A DNA stretch of 63,267 nucleotides, filler included, from Octopus bimaculoides (taxonomy: Eukaryota): the NCBI RefSeq assembly GCF_001194135.2. It is 5 parts of 4 records of this genome, joined end to end, with 100 filler letters (N's around TTAATTAATTAA, not from the genome) between each part and the next. Parts side by side here need not be neighbours in the genome. Positions count along the whole stretch, not along the records: positions 1 to 29,462 come from NC_068999.1; positions 29,563 to 55,719 come from NC_068999.1; 3 more parts are not named here. One strand, given 5' to 3'. The notes under the pieces were generated by a model. The model was not told the origin of the DNA and searched no databases. It was given only the letters and a program-made list of their open reading frames with translations. The first letter of the stretch is position 1. Each line of letters opens with the position of its first letter. Positions 25,670 through 40,035 of the stretch are shown one piece after another. The translations under genes were made by a program, and so were the position numbers.

Positions 25670-25850
25670 AAATGCCTATCGGTGTTTCATCCGCTTTATA
25701 CTTTCTGATTTCTAATTCCACTGAGGTTCACTTTGCCTTTCATCATTTTGCAGTTGCTAAAATAAATACCATCTGAGTACTGGGGTCAATATAATCGAGT
25801 TACGTCCTCCACCAAAATTGCTGGCCTTGTGGCAAAATTTGAAACCAAGA
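25670..25850 (+). mobile_element. SINE family A, degraded
   Basis: aattccactgaggttcactttgcctttcatcatttt...gtactggggtcaatataatcga...aaaattgctggccttgtg. Confidence 0.75.
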
Positions 25851-27456
25851 ATGAGCATAGTGGAGGAAAAAATGGTAAAACAGTACATACATGCAATATG
25901 TTGCTGCGTCATACGAATTTGATTCTTAACAATGCCAGCACTGCTTTAGGTACCAAGAGTTATTCGTCTCTCACTCGTCTCTCTTTCTCTTTCTCTCTCT
26001 CTCTCTCTCTCACACATAAATAATTCACTGGAATCTGGAGTTTCTTGGTGCATTTATTCTGATTATTTTCCATCGAGACAGCTCCTTCTCTTTCTCCGTC
26101 TAGCTCTCTGCATCTATCTCTTTGTCTGTCCCCATACATATTAATGAAAGTCTTAAGTAAACGATATTTCTAGAAATATGATTGCTACAAAACAAATAAT
26201 AATCAATAGTTACTAAGTTCCAAGTGGGGAGAATACTATACATACATACACACACATACATACATACATATATACATATACATACATATATATATATATA
26301 TATATTTATNNNNNNNNNNNNNNNNNNNNNNNNNNNNNNNNNNNNNNNNNNNNNNNNNNNNNNNNNNNNNNNNNNNNNNNNNNNNNNNNNNNNNNNNNNN
26401 NNNNNNNNNNNNNNNNNNNNNNNNNNNNNNNNNNNNNNNNNNNNNNNNNNNNNNNNNNNNNNNNNNNNNNNNNNNNNNNNNNNNNNNNNNNNNNNNNNNN
26501 NNNNNNNNNNNNNNNNNNNNNNNNNNNNNNNNNNNNNNNNNNNNNNNNNNNNNNNNNNNNNNNNNNNNNNNNNNNNNNNNNNNNNNNNNNNNNNNNNNNN
26601 NNNNNNNNNNNNNNNNNNNNNNNNNNNNNNNNNNNNNNNNNNNNNNNNNNNNNNNNNNNNNNNNNNNNNNNNNNNNNNNNNNNNNNNNNNNNNNNNNNNN
26701 NNNNNNNNNNNNNNNNNNNNNNNNNNNNNNNNNNNNNNNNNNNNNNNNNNNNNNNNNNNNNNNNNNNNNNNNNNNNNNNNNNNNNNNNNNNNNNNNNNNN
26801 NNNNNNNNNNNNNNNNNNNNNNNNNNNNNNNNNNNNNNNNNNNNNNNNNNNNNNNNNNNNNNNNNNNNNNNNNNNNNNNNNNNNNNNNNNNNNNNNNNNN
26901 NNNNNNNNNNNNNNNNNNNNNNNNNNNNNNNNNNNNNNNNNNNNNNNNNNNNNNNNNNNNNNNNNNNNNNNNNNNNNNNNNNNNNNNNNNNNNNNNNNNN
27001 NNNNNNNNNNNNNNNNNNNNNNNNNNNNNNNNNNNNNNNNNNNNNNNNNNNNNNNNNNNNNNNNNNNNNNNNNNNNNNNNNNNNNNNNNNNNNNNNNNNN
27101 NNNNNNNNNNNNNNNNNNNNNNNNNNNNNNNNNNNNNNNNNNNNNNNNNNNNNNNNNNNNNNNNNNNNNNNNNNNNNNNNNNNNNNNNTATATATATATA
27201 TATATATATTTCAGTTAAGTATACAGCAATGACATACAGGAATACAAAACAATATGCACAATTTTGTTAATGCGATGGATTTGTGTGTAGGTCTATATAA
27301 GAGTATAGTATGTGAGTGTGTGTGGATGGTGTTCTGCGTTTATATATGTTTTCTGTACGCCAATGTCTAAGTACATCACCTCATCTTATCTATATGGCTG
27401 AAAGATTACGTATAAAAATAACTGGAAAAGCACTATTATTGTTATTATTATTATTG

Positions 27457-27499
<43 letters not shown>

Positions 27500-27514
27500 A
27501 GAGAGAGAGGGGGG

Positions 27515-27552
<38 letters not shown>

Positions 27553-27694
27553 GAAGAAAGAAAGAAGGAAAAAATCAGGGTGAAGTAACGCCATACAGAA
27601 TGCATGAATGGACGAATTGAAAGAAGGAATACAATGATACGTGGAAAAGAATGAGGGAAAAACTATATGCGTGACATATACATATTATAGACAC

Positions 27695-27728
<34 letters not shown>

Positions 27729-28069
27729 NNNNNNNNNNNNNNNNNNNNNNNNNNNNNNNNNNNNNNNNNNNNNNNNNNNNNNNNNNNNNNNNNNNNNNNN
27801 NNNNNNNNNNNNNNNNNNNNNNNNNNNNNNNNNNNNNNNNNNNNNNNNNNNNNNNNNNNNNNNNNNNNNNNNNNNNNNNNNNNNNNNNNNNNNNNNNNNN
27901 NNNNNNNNNNNNNNNNNNNNNNNNNNNNNNNNNNNNNNNNNNNNNNNNNNNNNNNNNNNNNNNNNNNNNNNNNNNNNNNNNNNNNNNNNNNNNNNNNNNN
28001 NNNNNNNNNNNNNNNNNNNNNNNNNNNNNNNNNNNNNNNNNNNNNNNNNNNNNNNNNNNNNNNNNNNTT

Positions 28070-29028
28070 TCAGATATCATCAGAAAAAGGTCTTTAAGAT
28101 TCATTAAAATGACAGATCTATCGGATTTTCTAAGAGCTCAAATTGTTGGTGCTTGTATGGCAGGCGCTAACGTAGCGAAAACAACCGAGATATTTGGTGT
28201 GTCAAGAAGTACTATCTCGAAAGCAATGACAGCCTTTGAGATAGAGGGAAAACTTCCCCGTTGAAACAAAACTCCGGAAGAAAGCCAAAACTGTCAGACA
28301 AGGACCGTTCGACTCTTACGCGAATTGCTATTAAGGATCGCAAAAGTACAGCTCCCAAAATTACTGCACAGCTTAATGACCACCTCTAGAACCCAGTTTC
28401 CACAAAAACTGTTCACCGGGAGCCACATAAAGCCGGATTTCACGGGAGGGCTACAATCAGAAAACCACTACTTTCAAAAATGAATGTCGCAAAGCGTTTA
28501 GAATGAAGAAAAAAATATACAGATGTGGTCCCGAGAGCAGCGGAAGAATGTTATTTTCTCGGACGAGTCATTCTTTACTTTATTTCCGACCACCAGCCGA
28601 GTATACGGGTGGAGACAGCCAAAAGAAGCATTTGACCTAAACTGTCTTCTTCCAACTGTTAAACATGGTGGAAGATCTGTGATGATCTGGGGGTGGGGGC
28701 TATGTCTTGGAAATCCGCCAGCCCAATGATTTCCCTTCATAGCAGAATTAACAATCTGCATTTTATCTTATCAAATTAATGATCAGATTAATGCATTTTA
28801 TCTGATCAAATTCATCCTATGGGTGAAGAACTGTTTCCGGAGGGAAACGCATGATAAGGCCCCAATTCACACAGCTAAAGTTGTTACTGAATGGCACGAG
28901 GAACATTCTAGTGAAATTTGAACATCTTATCTAGCCAACACAGTCCTCAGATCTCAATAATATTCAACATTTCTTGTACATTTTAGAAAAACAAGCAAGG
29001 AGTCGATATCCTCCACTATCATCACTAC
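28070..29028 (+). mobile_element. Tc1/mariner transposase pseudogene with DD36E-type spacing (Incomer-like)
   Basis: ATG at 28109: MTDLSDFLRAQIVGACMAGANVAKT..., then NSGRKPKLS, IRKPLLS, VIFSDESFFTLFP, PTVKHGG.SVMIWG, DKAPIHTAK...W(*)PTQSSDLNNIQ. Multiple stops and frameshifts; the 5' end lies in a gap and no 3' TIR is visible. Confidence 0.92.
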
Positions 29029-29384
29029 AATATATTTATATGCATATATATATATATATATATGAATCTGCATTCTTGGTGTATATCTATATATCCAGTT
29101 AATGGACTGTGACCAAGTTGGTGCAGTACTTTGAAGGGTTGGATCGAATGAATCGGCGCCAATATTTAATAATTTTGAAGCCTAGAACATATTCTATCGG
29201 CCACATTTCTCGAACCATTAAGTTGCGGGGATTTAAACCAACAGCGGTTGTCGAGAAAGGGTTGAGTAACGAACAGAAAAACGGACGCACATGTATATAG
29301 ATAGATATGTACATATATAGATATGTGTGTGTGTGTGCGAGTGTGTATATAAATCTATAAATAAATAAATAAATAAATAAATAT

Positions 29385-29462
29385 ATATAGTGAGAATTTA
29401 CAAAAAAAAAAGACGAAGACGGGAGTGGAGACAACAAGCAAATGTATTACTTTAACGCCCGG
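29385..29462 (-). mobile_element. Fragment of a dispersed repeat, probably the distal part of the 48546 family
   Basis: gtgagaatttacaaaaa...gacgaagac...aacaagcaaatgtattactttaacgc resembles the reverse complement of 48600-48660 (gcgtcaaactaatacaccatgtttgttg...). Confidence 0.5.
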
Positions 29463-29506
29463 NNNNNNNNNNNNNNNNNNNNNNNNNNNNNNNNNNNNNN
29501 NNNNNN

Positions 29507-29518
29507 TTAATTAATTAA
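29507..29518. other. Synthetic scaffold spacer TTAATTAATTAA (also at 55764, 59637, 61917)
   Basis: The same 12-mer four times, each centred between two runs of 44 N (100 bp in total); it places stop codons in all six frames. Confidence 0.95.
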
Positions 29519-29562
29519 NNNNNNNNNNNNNNNNNNNNNNNNNNNNNNNNNNNNNNNNNNNN

Positions 29563-29630
<68 letters not shown>

Positions 29631-29886
29631 TCAGTAACCTATATAGGAATCTGTGAGTGTTTAAATGTATATACAGTCCATAACTTACAAATGCTATATT
29701 AATATACATTATTGCATATACAGACAAACATATATATGAATGTATGTCCACTTCTGTATATGTATGTATGAATCTATACATGTGTACCTCTGTGTTTGCT
29801 ATTAAAATTATAATTGTAAATATGCGTCTATTTACATCGACAGTTATGAAAAAAATTGTGTTCTATTACTAATATATTCTCATACA

Positions 29887-29932
<46 letters not shown>

Positions 29933-30096
29933 NNNNNNNNNNNNNNNNNNNNNNNNNNNNNNNNNNNNNNNNNNNNNNNNNNNNNNNNNNNNNNNNNNNN
30001 NNNNNNNNNNNNNNNNNNNNNNNNNNNNNNNNNNNNNNNNNNNNNNNNNNNNNNNNNNNNNNNNNNNNNNNNNNNNNNNNNNNNNNNNNNNNNNNN

Positions 30097-30142
<46 letters not shown>

Positions 30143-31610
30143 CGTGTATGTATATGTATGTATGTAGGTATACACAAAGAGCCGCACATATATCTACTCC
30201 CTCGCATATGCATTATATGAAATTCTGTGTATGGGTGTGTGTATGTATACATACGTATGTATATGTATATACATATGTGTGAGTGTATGTATACATATGC
30301 ATGTGTACGTTCATATGTTTATATATATATATATATATATATGAATGTATGTATAGGCAATTACTAATGTAAGTTTACACTATGTAATGTGTAACATAAT
30401 GAAGTTGTGACTAAGATTTACGTATTCCATCGGCATTTCCATCATACATGAATCACTTTCCTTTTACTCATATTCTGGTACAAANNNNNNNNNNNNNNNN
30501 NNNNNNNNNNNNNNNNNNNNNNNNNNNNNNNNNNNNNNNNNNNNNNNNNNNNNNNNNNNNNNNNNNNNNNNNNNNNNNNNNNNNNNNNNNNNNNNNNNNN
30601 NNNNNNNNNNNNNNNNNNNNNNNNNNNNNNNNNNNNNNNNNNNNNNNNNNNNNNNNNNNNNNNNNNNNNNNNNNNNNNNNNNNNNNNNNNNNNNNNNNNN
30701 NNNNNNNNNNNNNNNNNNNNNNNNNNNNNNNNNNNNNNNNNNNNNNNNNNNNNNNNNNNNNNNNNNNNNNNNNNNNNNNNNNNNNNNNNNNNNNNNNNNN
30801 NNNNNATATATATATATATATATACACATATGTATATACGTATATGCCTATATATGTATATGTATGCATGCATATCAAGGTGGTTATAAATGTATGTATT
30901 TCGGTTTTTTTTTTTACAAGATGATAATTGCTTTCTGAAATTAACACTGGGTAAATTCATTTTAATACTAAAATCAACAACATGGTCCGCCGTCTTATAT
31001 TTAGTTTATGGCAACAGACTGGACAAAGAGCTCAATTATATATGTCGGGGAATTCAATCATACTGCAAAAAAAAAAAATTATATATATATATATACACCA
31101 TCCGCTTGCATAAAATACACGCGTAATGATATATATATATATATATATACATGCATGCATGCATGCGTGTGTGTGTATGTGTGTAATTCTTTCTTCTATG
31201 TATATACGTGTGCCTGTCTTTAATGCGGAGTATTAAATATCATTTCCAACTTCATTTTAAAAGGGTTATATATGATATTCACGTACTTATGCATATAATG
31301 TAATATATAAGTTAATTTATGTGTGTGTGTGTATATGTGTGTGTATATATGTGTGCGTGTGTGTGTATGTATCTGTCGGTTAGTGTTTTTGTGTATGCAT
31401 ACGTATATATATATATATATATATATATAATTACATACATATAGACACATAGCTATATATTTTCGTTGTCATGAATATGTAGCACTCAATAAAAGATCCA
31501 ACGCCTGAATTTTGTTGTTTCTTTTTGTTTTGTTTTCAAATATTAATCTTGGACCACTTCCACAATATTGAGTATCGTACAAGCTTTCCTAAGTCTCACA
31601 CATATATAAC

Positions 31611-31712
<102 letters not shown>

Positions 31713-32398
31713 CATGTTCTCTGTTTTTTGTCGTTGTTGCCGTACACATTCGCTAGCTTTCTTACAAAACAATCTAATTCTCTAAGCTTAGACTTTTTGG
31801 GGGGAGGGGGAGGCAACCAGAGCGAAGTGTCCGAAACAGTAAGGACTTCTGGTAACTTGACTGAGGAAAGAAGGCCACGAATGACCCGTCTTTATTTTTA
31901 CCTGTCCTTCTAATTGCTGTTTCTCCTGTCCCCCTTTATATCATCTATTTGTCCGAATGTTTTATTGTCCTCTATTACGTTTTTGTTACGTATATAGGCC
32001 GAAACAGCTGTAAGTTTCTGTATATTCTCCAATTGCTAAATGTCCTTTATATTTGTAACCTTAATTGTTAATATGGCATGGTATGTCATAAGCATCTGTA
32101 TATTGTGGTTTTTGTCATTTTAGTTACAAAATAAACAAATTAATTCAATGGAATACACTGTCTGCAAGTCGATGGATACCGCATATTCTCCTCCATTCTC
32201 TTATTGCTATATATATATATATATATATATATNNNNNNNNNNNNNNNNNNNNNNNNNNNNNNNNNNNNNNNNNNNNNNNNNNNNNNNNNNNNNNNNNNNN
32301 NNNNNNNNNNNNNNNNNNNNNNNNNNNNNNNNNNNNNNNNNNNNNNNNNNNNNNNNNNNNNNNNNNNNNNNNNNNNNNNNNNNNNNNNNNNNNNNNNN

Positions 32399-32440
<42 letters not shown>

Positions 32441-32900
32441 TCTTAGAATAGTCCCATGCGTAGAATATTAAATCCTTCAGTCAAGTATAGTACTGTCTAT
32501 CAATATATATGTATTTGGGTGGGGTGCGTATATGTACGCACATGCAGAATCGTGTGTATTGTTAGCTGAAGCGTTAAGCTTATGTACAAACTTCTTTTCC
32601 CGTATGTGTCGCTCTCCCTTACCCTCTGGGTTCGCGTCCTGCCAAGGGGGCCATGAAATGGGAACCGGTCCAGAACAGTTGACAGGTAGATACGTTAGAG
32701 GGTTTCACAAATTACTTTAGGGCTCGTCTTGCTGTCCTTTAAATCCTGAGTCCAGCTCTTGCTTTCATCTTTAGACAATGTTGTTGCCTTGTAAAAGGAA
32801 AGCTGGAGTATAAGCAGCGGGTGATATTTCATTAAGAAAAATGTTCTTGCAGAGAGCTAACATCTTACTTTTTCATGTGTGTGTATGTTTGTGCGTGTAT

Positions 32901-32931
<31 letters not shown>

Positions 32932-34189
32932 TAGATATGCACACATACATGCATATGGGCTGCTATCTTTTAATATATAAACACAAAGNNNNNNNNNNNN
33001 NNNNNNNNNNNNNNNNNNNNNNNNNNNNNNNNNNNNNNNNNNNNNNNNNNNNNNNNNNNNNNNNNNNNNNNNNNNNNNNNNNNNNNNNNNNNNNNNNNNN
33101 NNNNNNNNNNNNNNNNNNNNNNNNNNNNNNNNNNNNNNNNNNNNNNNNNNNNNNNNNNNNNNNNNNNNNNNNNNNNNNNNNNNNNNNNNNNNNNNNNNNN
33201 NNNNNNNNNNNNNNNNNNNNNNNNNNNNNNNNNNNNNNNNNNNNNNNNNNNNNNNNNNNNNNNNNNNNNNNNNNNNNNNNNNNNNNNNNNNNNNNNNNNN
33301 NNNNNNNNNNNNNNNNNNNNNNNNNNNNNNNNNNNNNNNNNNNNNNNNNNNNNNNNNNNNNNNNNNNNNNNNNNNNNNNNNNNNNNNNNNNNNNNNNNNN
33401 NNNNNNNNNNNNNNNNNNNNNNNNNNNNNNNTATATATATATATATATATAAATACTTTTATCTATATATGTATGTATATTATATTATGTATATATATAT
33501 GCACACCCACTAATGTATCGTCATATAAAACTATAGCGGGGTATGTCTATGTATGAGGTAGGAGCTCAAATGTTCCTGGCTTTAAGGTATCGCTGGAGGC
33601 CCAATCTTCTGAGTTCTTTCACAGGCCTTAGAAAAACTGAAGGGCCGCTACAATAAGTGTGTGAATCTAAGAGAGGAATATGTTAAATAAAATCATAATT
33701 AACTGATCCTCTTGTATTTTCTTTTAGGCATAGCTAGGAACCTTTCAGCTCCCTTGGTGTTTCAACAAAGGCACACACGTACCAGCAACGATATAAGGTT
33801 TTCGAAGGTTTTCATTATGACCCCTACTTTAAACTGCGTCACACTCTCTAACATCTCAACTATTACAATATGTAACATACACCTAGATATACTATGACAG
33901 AAAACTCGATGAGGTGGGTGCATGTGGAAATCTTTTGGTCATATGTCTTTCAGATCTGAACTGACCTGTGGTCAAGCATCTTGAACTAAATGGGCACCAA
34001 AGGTGTAGATACGTGCTTATGTATAGATACGGGTGTATACTTACAAGTTGTATACATGCTCAATAGCAATCGCTTGAAATTGCGTAACGAGATAATTACG
34101 TAGAGCAGGCTCATTTATACATACGGAGATATATTGCTATACGCATATTTTCACGTATATATGTGAATGTATAGAGCTTTCTATACTCT

Positions 34190-34232
34190 TACGCAAAACA
34201 TGTGTATGTATGTGCGTATGTATGTATGTATG

Positions 34233-34271
<39 letters not shown>

Positions 34272-34660
34272 ACATGTATGTATGTATGTATGTATGTGGA
34301 TATGTAGGTATATGTATGTATATTTGTATATGCATATATATATATGTGCGTGTGTATATGTATATATGTATATGTATATATATGTGCATATGTACATATA
34401 TATGTATATATGTACATATATATATGTATATATGTACATATATATATATGTGTGTATGTACGTATGTGTATCATATATGTATGTATATCATATGTGTATA
34501 TACATATGTGTGTGTATATATATGTATCCATTGTCCTAGGATGTAGGTAACAACATATATTTGTATATGCGCACACATGCATACAGGAAAATAAGTGGTT
34601 ATAGAGTATACACACCCACTTACAAACAAGCCATCACAGTAAGATGTGTTTATGTGTGTC

Positions 34661-34726
<66 letters not shown>

Positions 34727-34860
34727 CATAGACATATATATATACACATATATACGTGTGTGTATGTATATATATATATATAGATGTATAGTGTACACAC
34801 ACATGAATGGTTATGTATCTCTGTGTGTATATATATATATGTGTGTGTGTGTGTGGGTTT
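34190..34860. repeat. Compound (TA)/(TG)/(TATG) low-complexity block; similar blocks at about 38690-40600, 41850-42220 and 43560-44070
   Basis: Directly visible; source of the [12 protein letters not shown] ORFs. Confidence 0.95.
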
Positions 34861-35212
34861 TGATTGTAATATTCTGTATGCATTACATATATACTGGCTA
34901 ACATTGGATGCCTGCCTGTATAACCACCCACATGAAGAGTTGATAGCTATACACTCGCTGTGATGTGGGTGCATAATAACTGACTTGTAAAGCAACACAC
35001 ATAGATGCAAATATTTTCTATACACACACATATAATGTATATATATATATGTGTGCTTATGCATTTAGTTTACATATATATATGTACGTATAGAGGAATA
35101 CCTTTATATAAAACTACATAAACTGTAGCAATATATAAAGAGCTATATACTAAGTATATATTTATTATATAAATATAGAGTTATATGTAAATATACACAT
35201 ATNNNNNNNNNN

Positions 35213-35260
<48 letters not shown>

Positions 35261-35472
35261 ACACACACACGCTCTTACATATACATACATACAGGGAGAT
35301 ATATAAGCTCTATGATAGCGTGTGTGTGTATATACATACGATTATAATTATGCTGCTTTTCAATCTGGAGTTAGTTAAGGAAATAGTTAACCAACTGTAC
35401 AACACAATCACATACTAAATTCATTCACCGTAAATACAGAGGATAGAATATATACATACATACACACATATG

Positions 35473-35521
<49 letters not shown>

Positions 35522-36424
35522 ACACAGGAATTAGTATTATGCTAGTTGTCCATATGGATTCGTTTGGTCCTAAAATATATAGACTTATATACATACAGTA
35601 ATTGAAACATTTGACATTACTTGTTTATTTATCAGTATCCATAGAAATCCTTCCAAAACTATTCATATTCCTACATACCATCGGCGTATATATATATATA
35701 TCTATATACTTCGAGCCTGCGTATGATATATGAGTGGCTAACTTTCTATTTATCAGGATGCGTGTGTGTATAAAGTTTTGCTTATATATAGGCCTACATA
35801 CGCACATTCATCTCAAGGCTATATATATATATATATAGATAGATAGATATATGTGTGTATGTATACATACATATAGAGAGAAATAGATAGATAGATGGAT
35901 GGACAGATACATGCATGTGTTTATATATAAATATATATATATATATATACGCGCACGAATATCTTCACATGCATGTATATATTTGTAGTTATTCTCTCAA
36001 TATATTGCATATATATAAAGCGGTGCTCCAGCATGGCTGTAGTCACAAGACTGAAGCAAGTAAAAGGATAAAAGAACACATATACACATACACACACATG
36101 TGTATAAGTATGTATGTATGTATGTATATATATATATATATATATATATAATAATATTAAATGTAGCCAAATACGCATAATTAGATTATTGTGTTTAGAT
36201 GTTTGTGTATTTATATACACACACACACACACACGCACACACACATATATATATGCACATATATATTTATACATATATATGTATGTTAGTATGTATGCAT
36301 ATATATGTAGGTACATATGTATGAATATGCACGTATATATATATATATATATATATATCTTCATATATACATGTGTGTGTGTGTATGTATATATATATAT
36401 ATATATATATAAAGGAATCTGTAA

Positions 36425-36640
36425 ATTAGCCGGCTCATTAGAGCGTTGAACAAAATGCTTTGCCTTATTTGTTCCGGCTTTTAACTTTGAGTTCGAACCC
36501 CACCGAGGTCAATTTTGCCTTTCATCTCTCCACTGTCGATAAACTAAAATACCAATGAAGTGCCATAAGCTGACAGAATCCTTTGAGCGTTGAGTAAAAA
36601 CGCTTTGGAGGCATCTTTCCGGCTCTTTTACATTCAGTTC
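36425..36640 (+). mobile_element. Two degraded SINE family A heads in tandem
   Basis: ttgagttcgaaccccaccgaggtcaattttgcctttcatc...gtcgataaa, followed by gctgacagaatcctttgagcgttgagtaaaaacgc. Confidence 0.65.
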
Positions 36641-36866
36641 AATAAGCGACGACATCTCTGTTCTTGGACCGTATTGGTCCTTTAGATTCCATTGGACAAA
36701 CATAGCGATGCCGTGGAGTGGGGAAGTTCTATGTGTTGCATGACCAACTGTTGGTCTTCCATAGAAATAAACTTGCCCTTTGGAAATTTACAGGCATATT
36801 CGAACTTGACTGAGCTCATTACACAGACACGCGCGCACTCGCGCATGGACATGCACACGGGCAACA

Positions 36867-36900
<34 letters not shown>

Positions 36901-38086
36901 TTACTTACGTCCCTGTGTGCATATATATGTATCTTTAACTGTATATACGGTGATGTTTCAGTATGACCGCAGTCAAATGATTGAGACAAGTAAAAGAATA
37001 AAAGTATATACATATACAAATATATATATATATATTTGTATATATATATATATATATATATTTGTATATATATATATATATATANNNNNNNNNNNNNNNN
37101 NNNNNNNNNNNNNNNNNNNNNNNNNNNNNNNNNNNNNNNNNNNNNNNNNNNNNNNNNNNNNNNNNNNNNNNNNNNNNNNNNNNNNNNNNNNNNNNNNNNN
37201 NNNNNNNNNNNNNNNNNNNNNNNNNNNNNNNNNNNNNNNNNNNNNNNNNNNNNNNNNNNNNNNNNNNNNNNNNNNNNNNNNNNNNNNNNNNNNNNNNNNN
37301 NNNNNNNNNNNNNNNNNNNNNNNNNNNNNNNNNNNNNNNNNNNNNNNNNNNNNNNNNNNNNNNNNNNNNNNNNNNNNNNNNNNNNNNNNNNNNNNNNNNN
37401 NNNNNNNNNNNNNNNNNNNNNNNNNNNNNNNNNNNNNNNNNNNNNNNNNNNNNNNNNNNNNNNNNNNNNNNNNNNNNNNNNNNNNNNNNNNNNNNNNNNN
37501 NNNNNNNNNNNNNNNNNNNNNNNNNNNNNNNNNNNNNNNNNNNNNNNNNNNNNNNNNNNNNNNNNNNNNNNNNNNNNNNNNNNNNNNNNNNNNNNNNNNN
37601 NNNNNNNNNNNNNNNNNNNNNNNNNNNNNNNNNNNNNNNNNNNNNNNNNNNNNNNNNNNNNNNNNNNNNNNNNNNNNNNNNNNNNNNNNNNNNNNNNNNN
37701 NNNNNNNNNNNNNNNNNNNNNNNNNNNNNNNNNNNNNNNNNNNNNNNNNNNNNNNNNNNNNNNNNNNNNNNNNNNNNNNNNNNNNNNNNNNNNNNNNNNN
37801 NNNNNNNNNNNNNNNNNNNNNNNNNNNNNNNNNNNNNNNNNNNNNNNNNNNNNNNNNNNNNNNNNNNNNNNNNGACACTAACACACATCGATGTTATATG
37901 TAATTAAAGTTCTATCTATTATCTACATCCCATAATTTAACCTTTGCTTCCCAGACGTATGTAACCCAAACACTTCCACACAAGCATGTATCTCAGAATT
38001 TCGCAACACCATATCACTTTATAATTATACAACACCACATACAATTACATTTTTAAATATGATATATTTGTCTATGTATATATGTA

Positions 38087-38126
<40 letters not shown>

Positions 38127-38852
38127 TAGATATATATATAGCATTGCAATGCCTGACCATCAAAACACACACACACACACACATAATGGTGAAGCGAAGA
38201 GACTTCTACATGACCGCTCTATATGCATGAAATAGCAACAAAAAAACATTCGTCCAGATAATCACAGCGCATATGTATGTGTGTGTGTCTGTCTGTGTGT
38301 ATGTATGATATGATGTGAATTGATAGAGAGATAGATATTTGCATGCACGTATCGACGCATAAACATGCTTCGTTATGTGTATGTGTGTATATATATGTAT
38401 ATATATGTGTCTGTGTGTGCGCGTATATATGAGTCTATATGTTTATGCATACGTGTGTGTGTCTGCGCATTTCCTTGTGTGTACATACAAACCTACATTT
38501 GTAATACCCTCCCTTAGCAAATTAGTTATACATTGAGAGAGGCCATAATTTGATTTTCATTTCGATAGATACGGGGTCAAATAATATCAGGGTAAGATGA
38601 AATGTAAAGTCGATACTGTTGGGATTTCAGCCCCCACTGGGAAGGGGCCGACCTAATCAATACAAGACATCTAGGCCAGCTCACTAATATATTCAATCTT
38701 ATACATATATACACACACACATACATACATACATACATACATTTGATACATATATATACCATATATATACACACATATTTATATCCGCAAATGTACATGC
38801 ACCTCTCTCACACACACTATCTCTCTCTCCTCCCCCTCTCTCTCTCTTTCTA

Positions 38853-38884
<32 letters not shown>

Positions 38885-39142
38885 GATATATATGTATACA
38901 TATATATATGTATACACGCACATATGTATGCTTATACATAGATATATGCATATATGTATATACACATATATATGGACGCATATATATATCTATATTTATA
39001 TATGCATGCATGTATACAAGCATACATATACACCTATGTATGCATACATAACTAGTACATATATATATATATAATATATATATATATATATTTTTAGTAT
39101 TATGAAGGCATGCATACATAATACATGCCTAAATATACGCAT

Positions 39143-39177
<35 letters not shown>

Positions 39178-39997
39178 CGCACGTATACATGTATGTATAT
39201 ATATATATATACATCAGAGTATTTACACTCTTGCAACAATGAGTAATATCATATATTCCTGTATATTAGCCACACGCATATTGCTACTTTTGAAATTATG
39301 AGATATACACCCCTCATAATTACATACATACATGCAAATATGTAGATATGTATGTGTGTATGTATCTACGTATATATATATGTGTATATATATATATATA
39401 TATGCTTCTGTATAAATANNNNNNNNNNNNNNNNNNNNNNNNNNNNNNNNNNNNNNNNNNNNNNNNNNNNNNNNNNNNNNNNNNNNNNNNNNNNNNNNNN
39501 NNNNNNNNNNNNNNNNNNNNNNNNNNNNNNNNNNNNNNNNNNNNNNNNNNNNNNNNNNNNNNNNNNNNNNNNNNNNNNNNNNNNNNNNNNNNNNNNNNNN
39601 NNNNNNNNNNNNNNNNNNNNNNNNNNNNNNNNNNNNNNNNNNNNATAAATAAATATATATGTAAATATATATATATAGATATATATATAAACATATATAT
39701 ATATATATATATATACATATATATACTTGTGTATGCATAAATATATATATATATATATATATAAATGTATATATGTATAAATATATATATAAACATATAT
39801 ATATATACATATATGTGAGTGTGGGGTGTATCACATACATATTCATAATTATTTTCATATAATATATACCTCTTTGTTTATATTCAATATTCATATGGAC
39901 ATATGAATACACACATGTATGTATGTATGTATATATGTGTGTATGTATATATACATAAATATATATATATATATTTATATAGTACATATATGTTATG

Positions 39998-40035
<38 letters not shown>

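Noticed and set aside
32530-32720. GC-richer 62-aa ORF
   Set aside because: No recognisable family or splice context; at most an old LINE tail.
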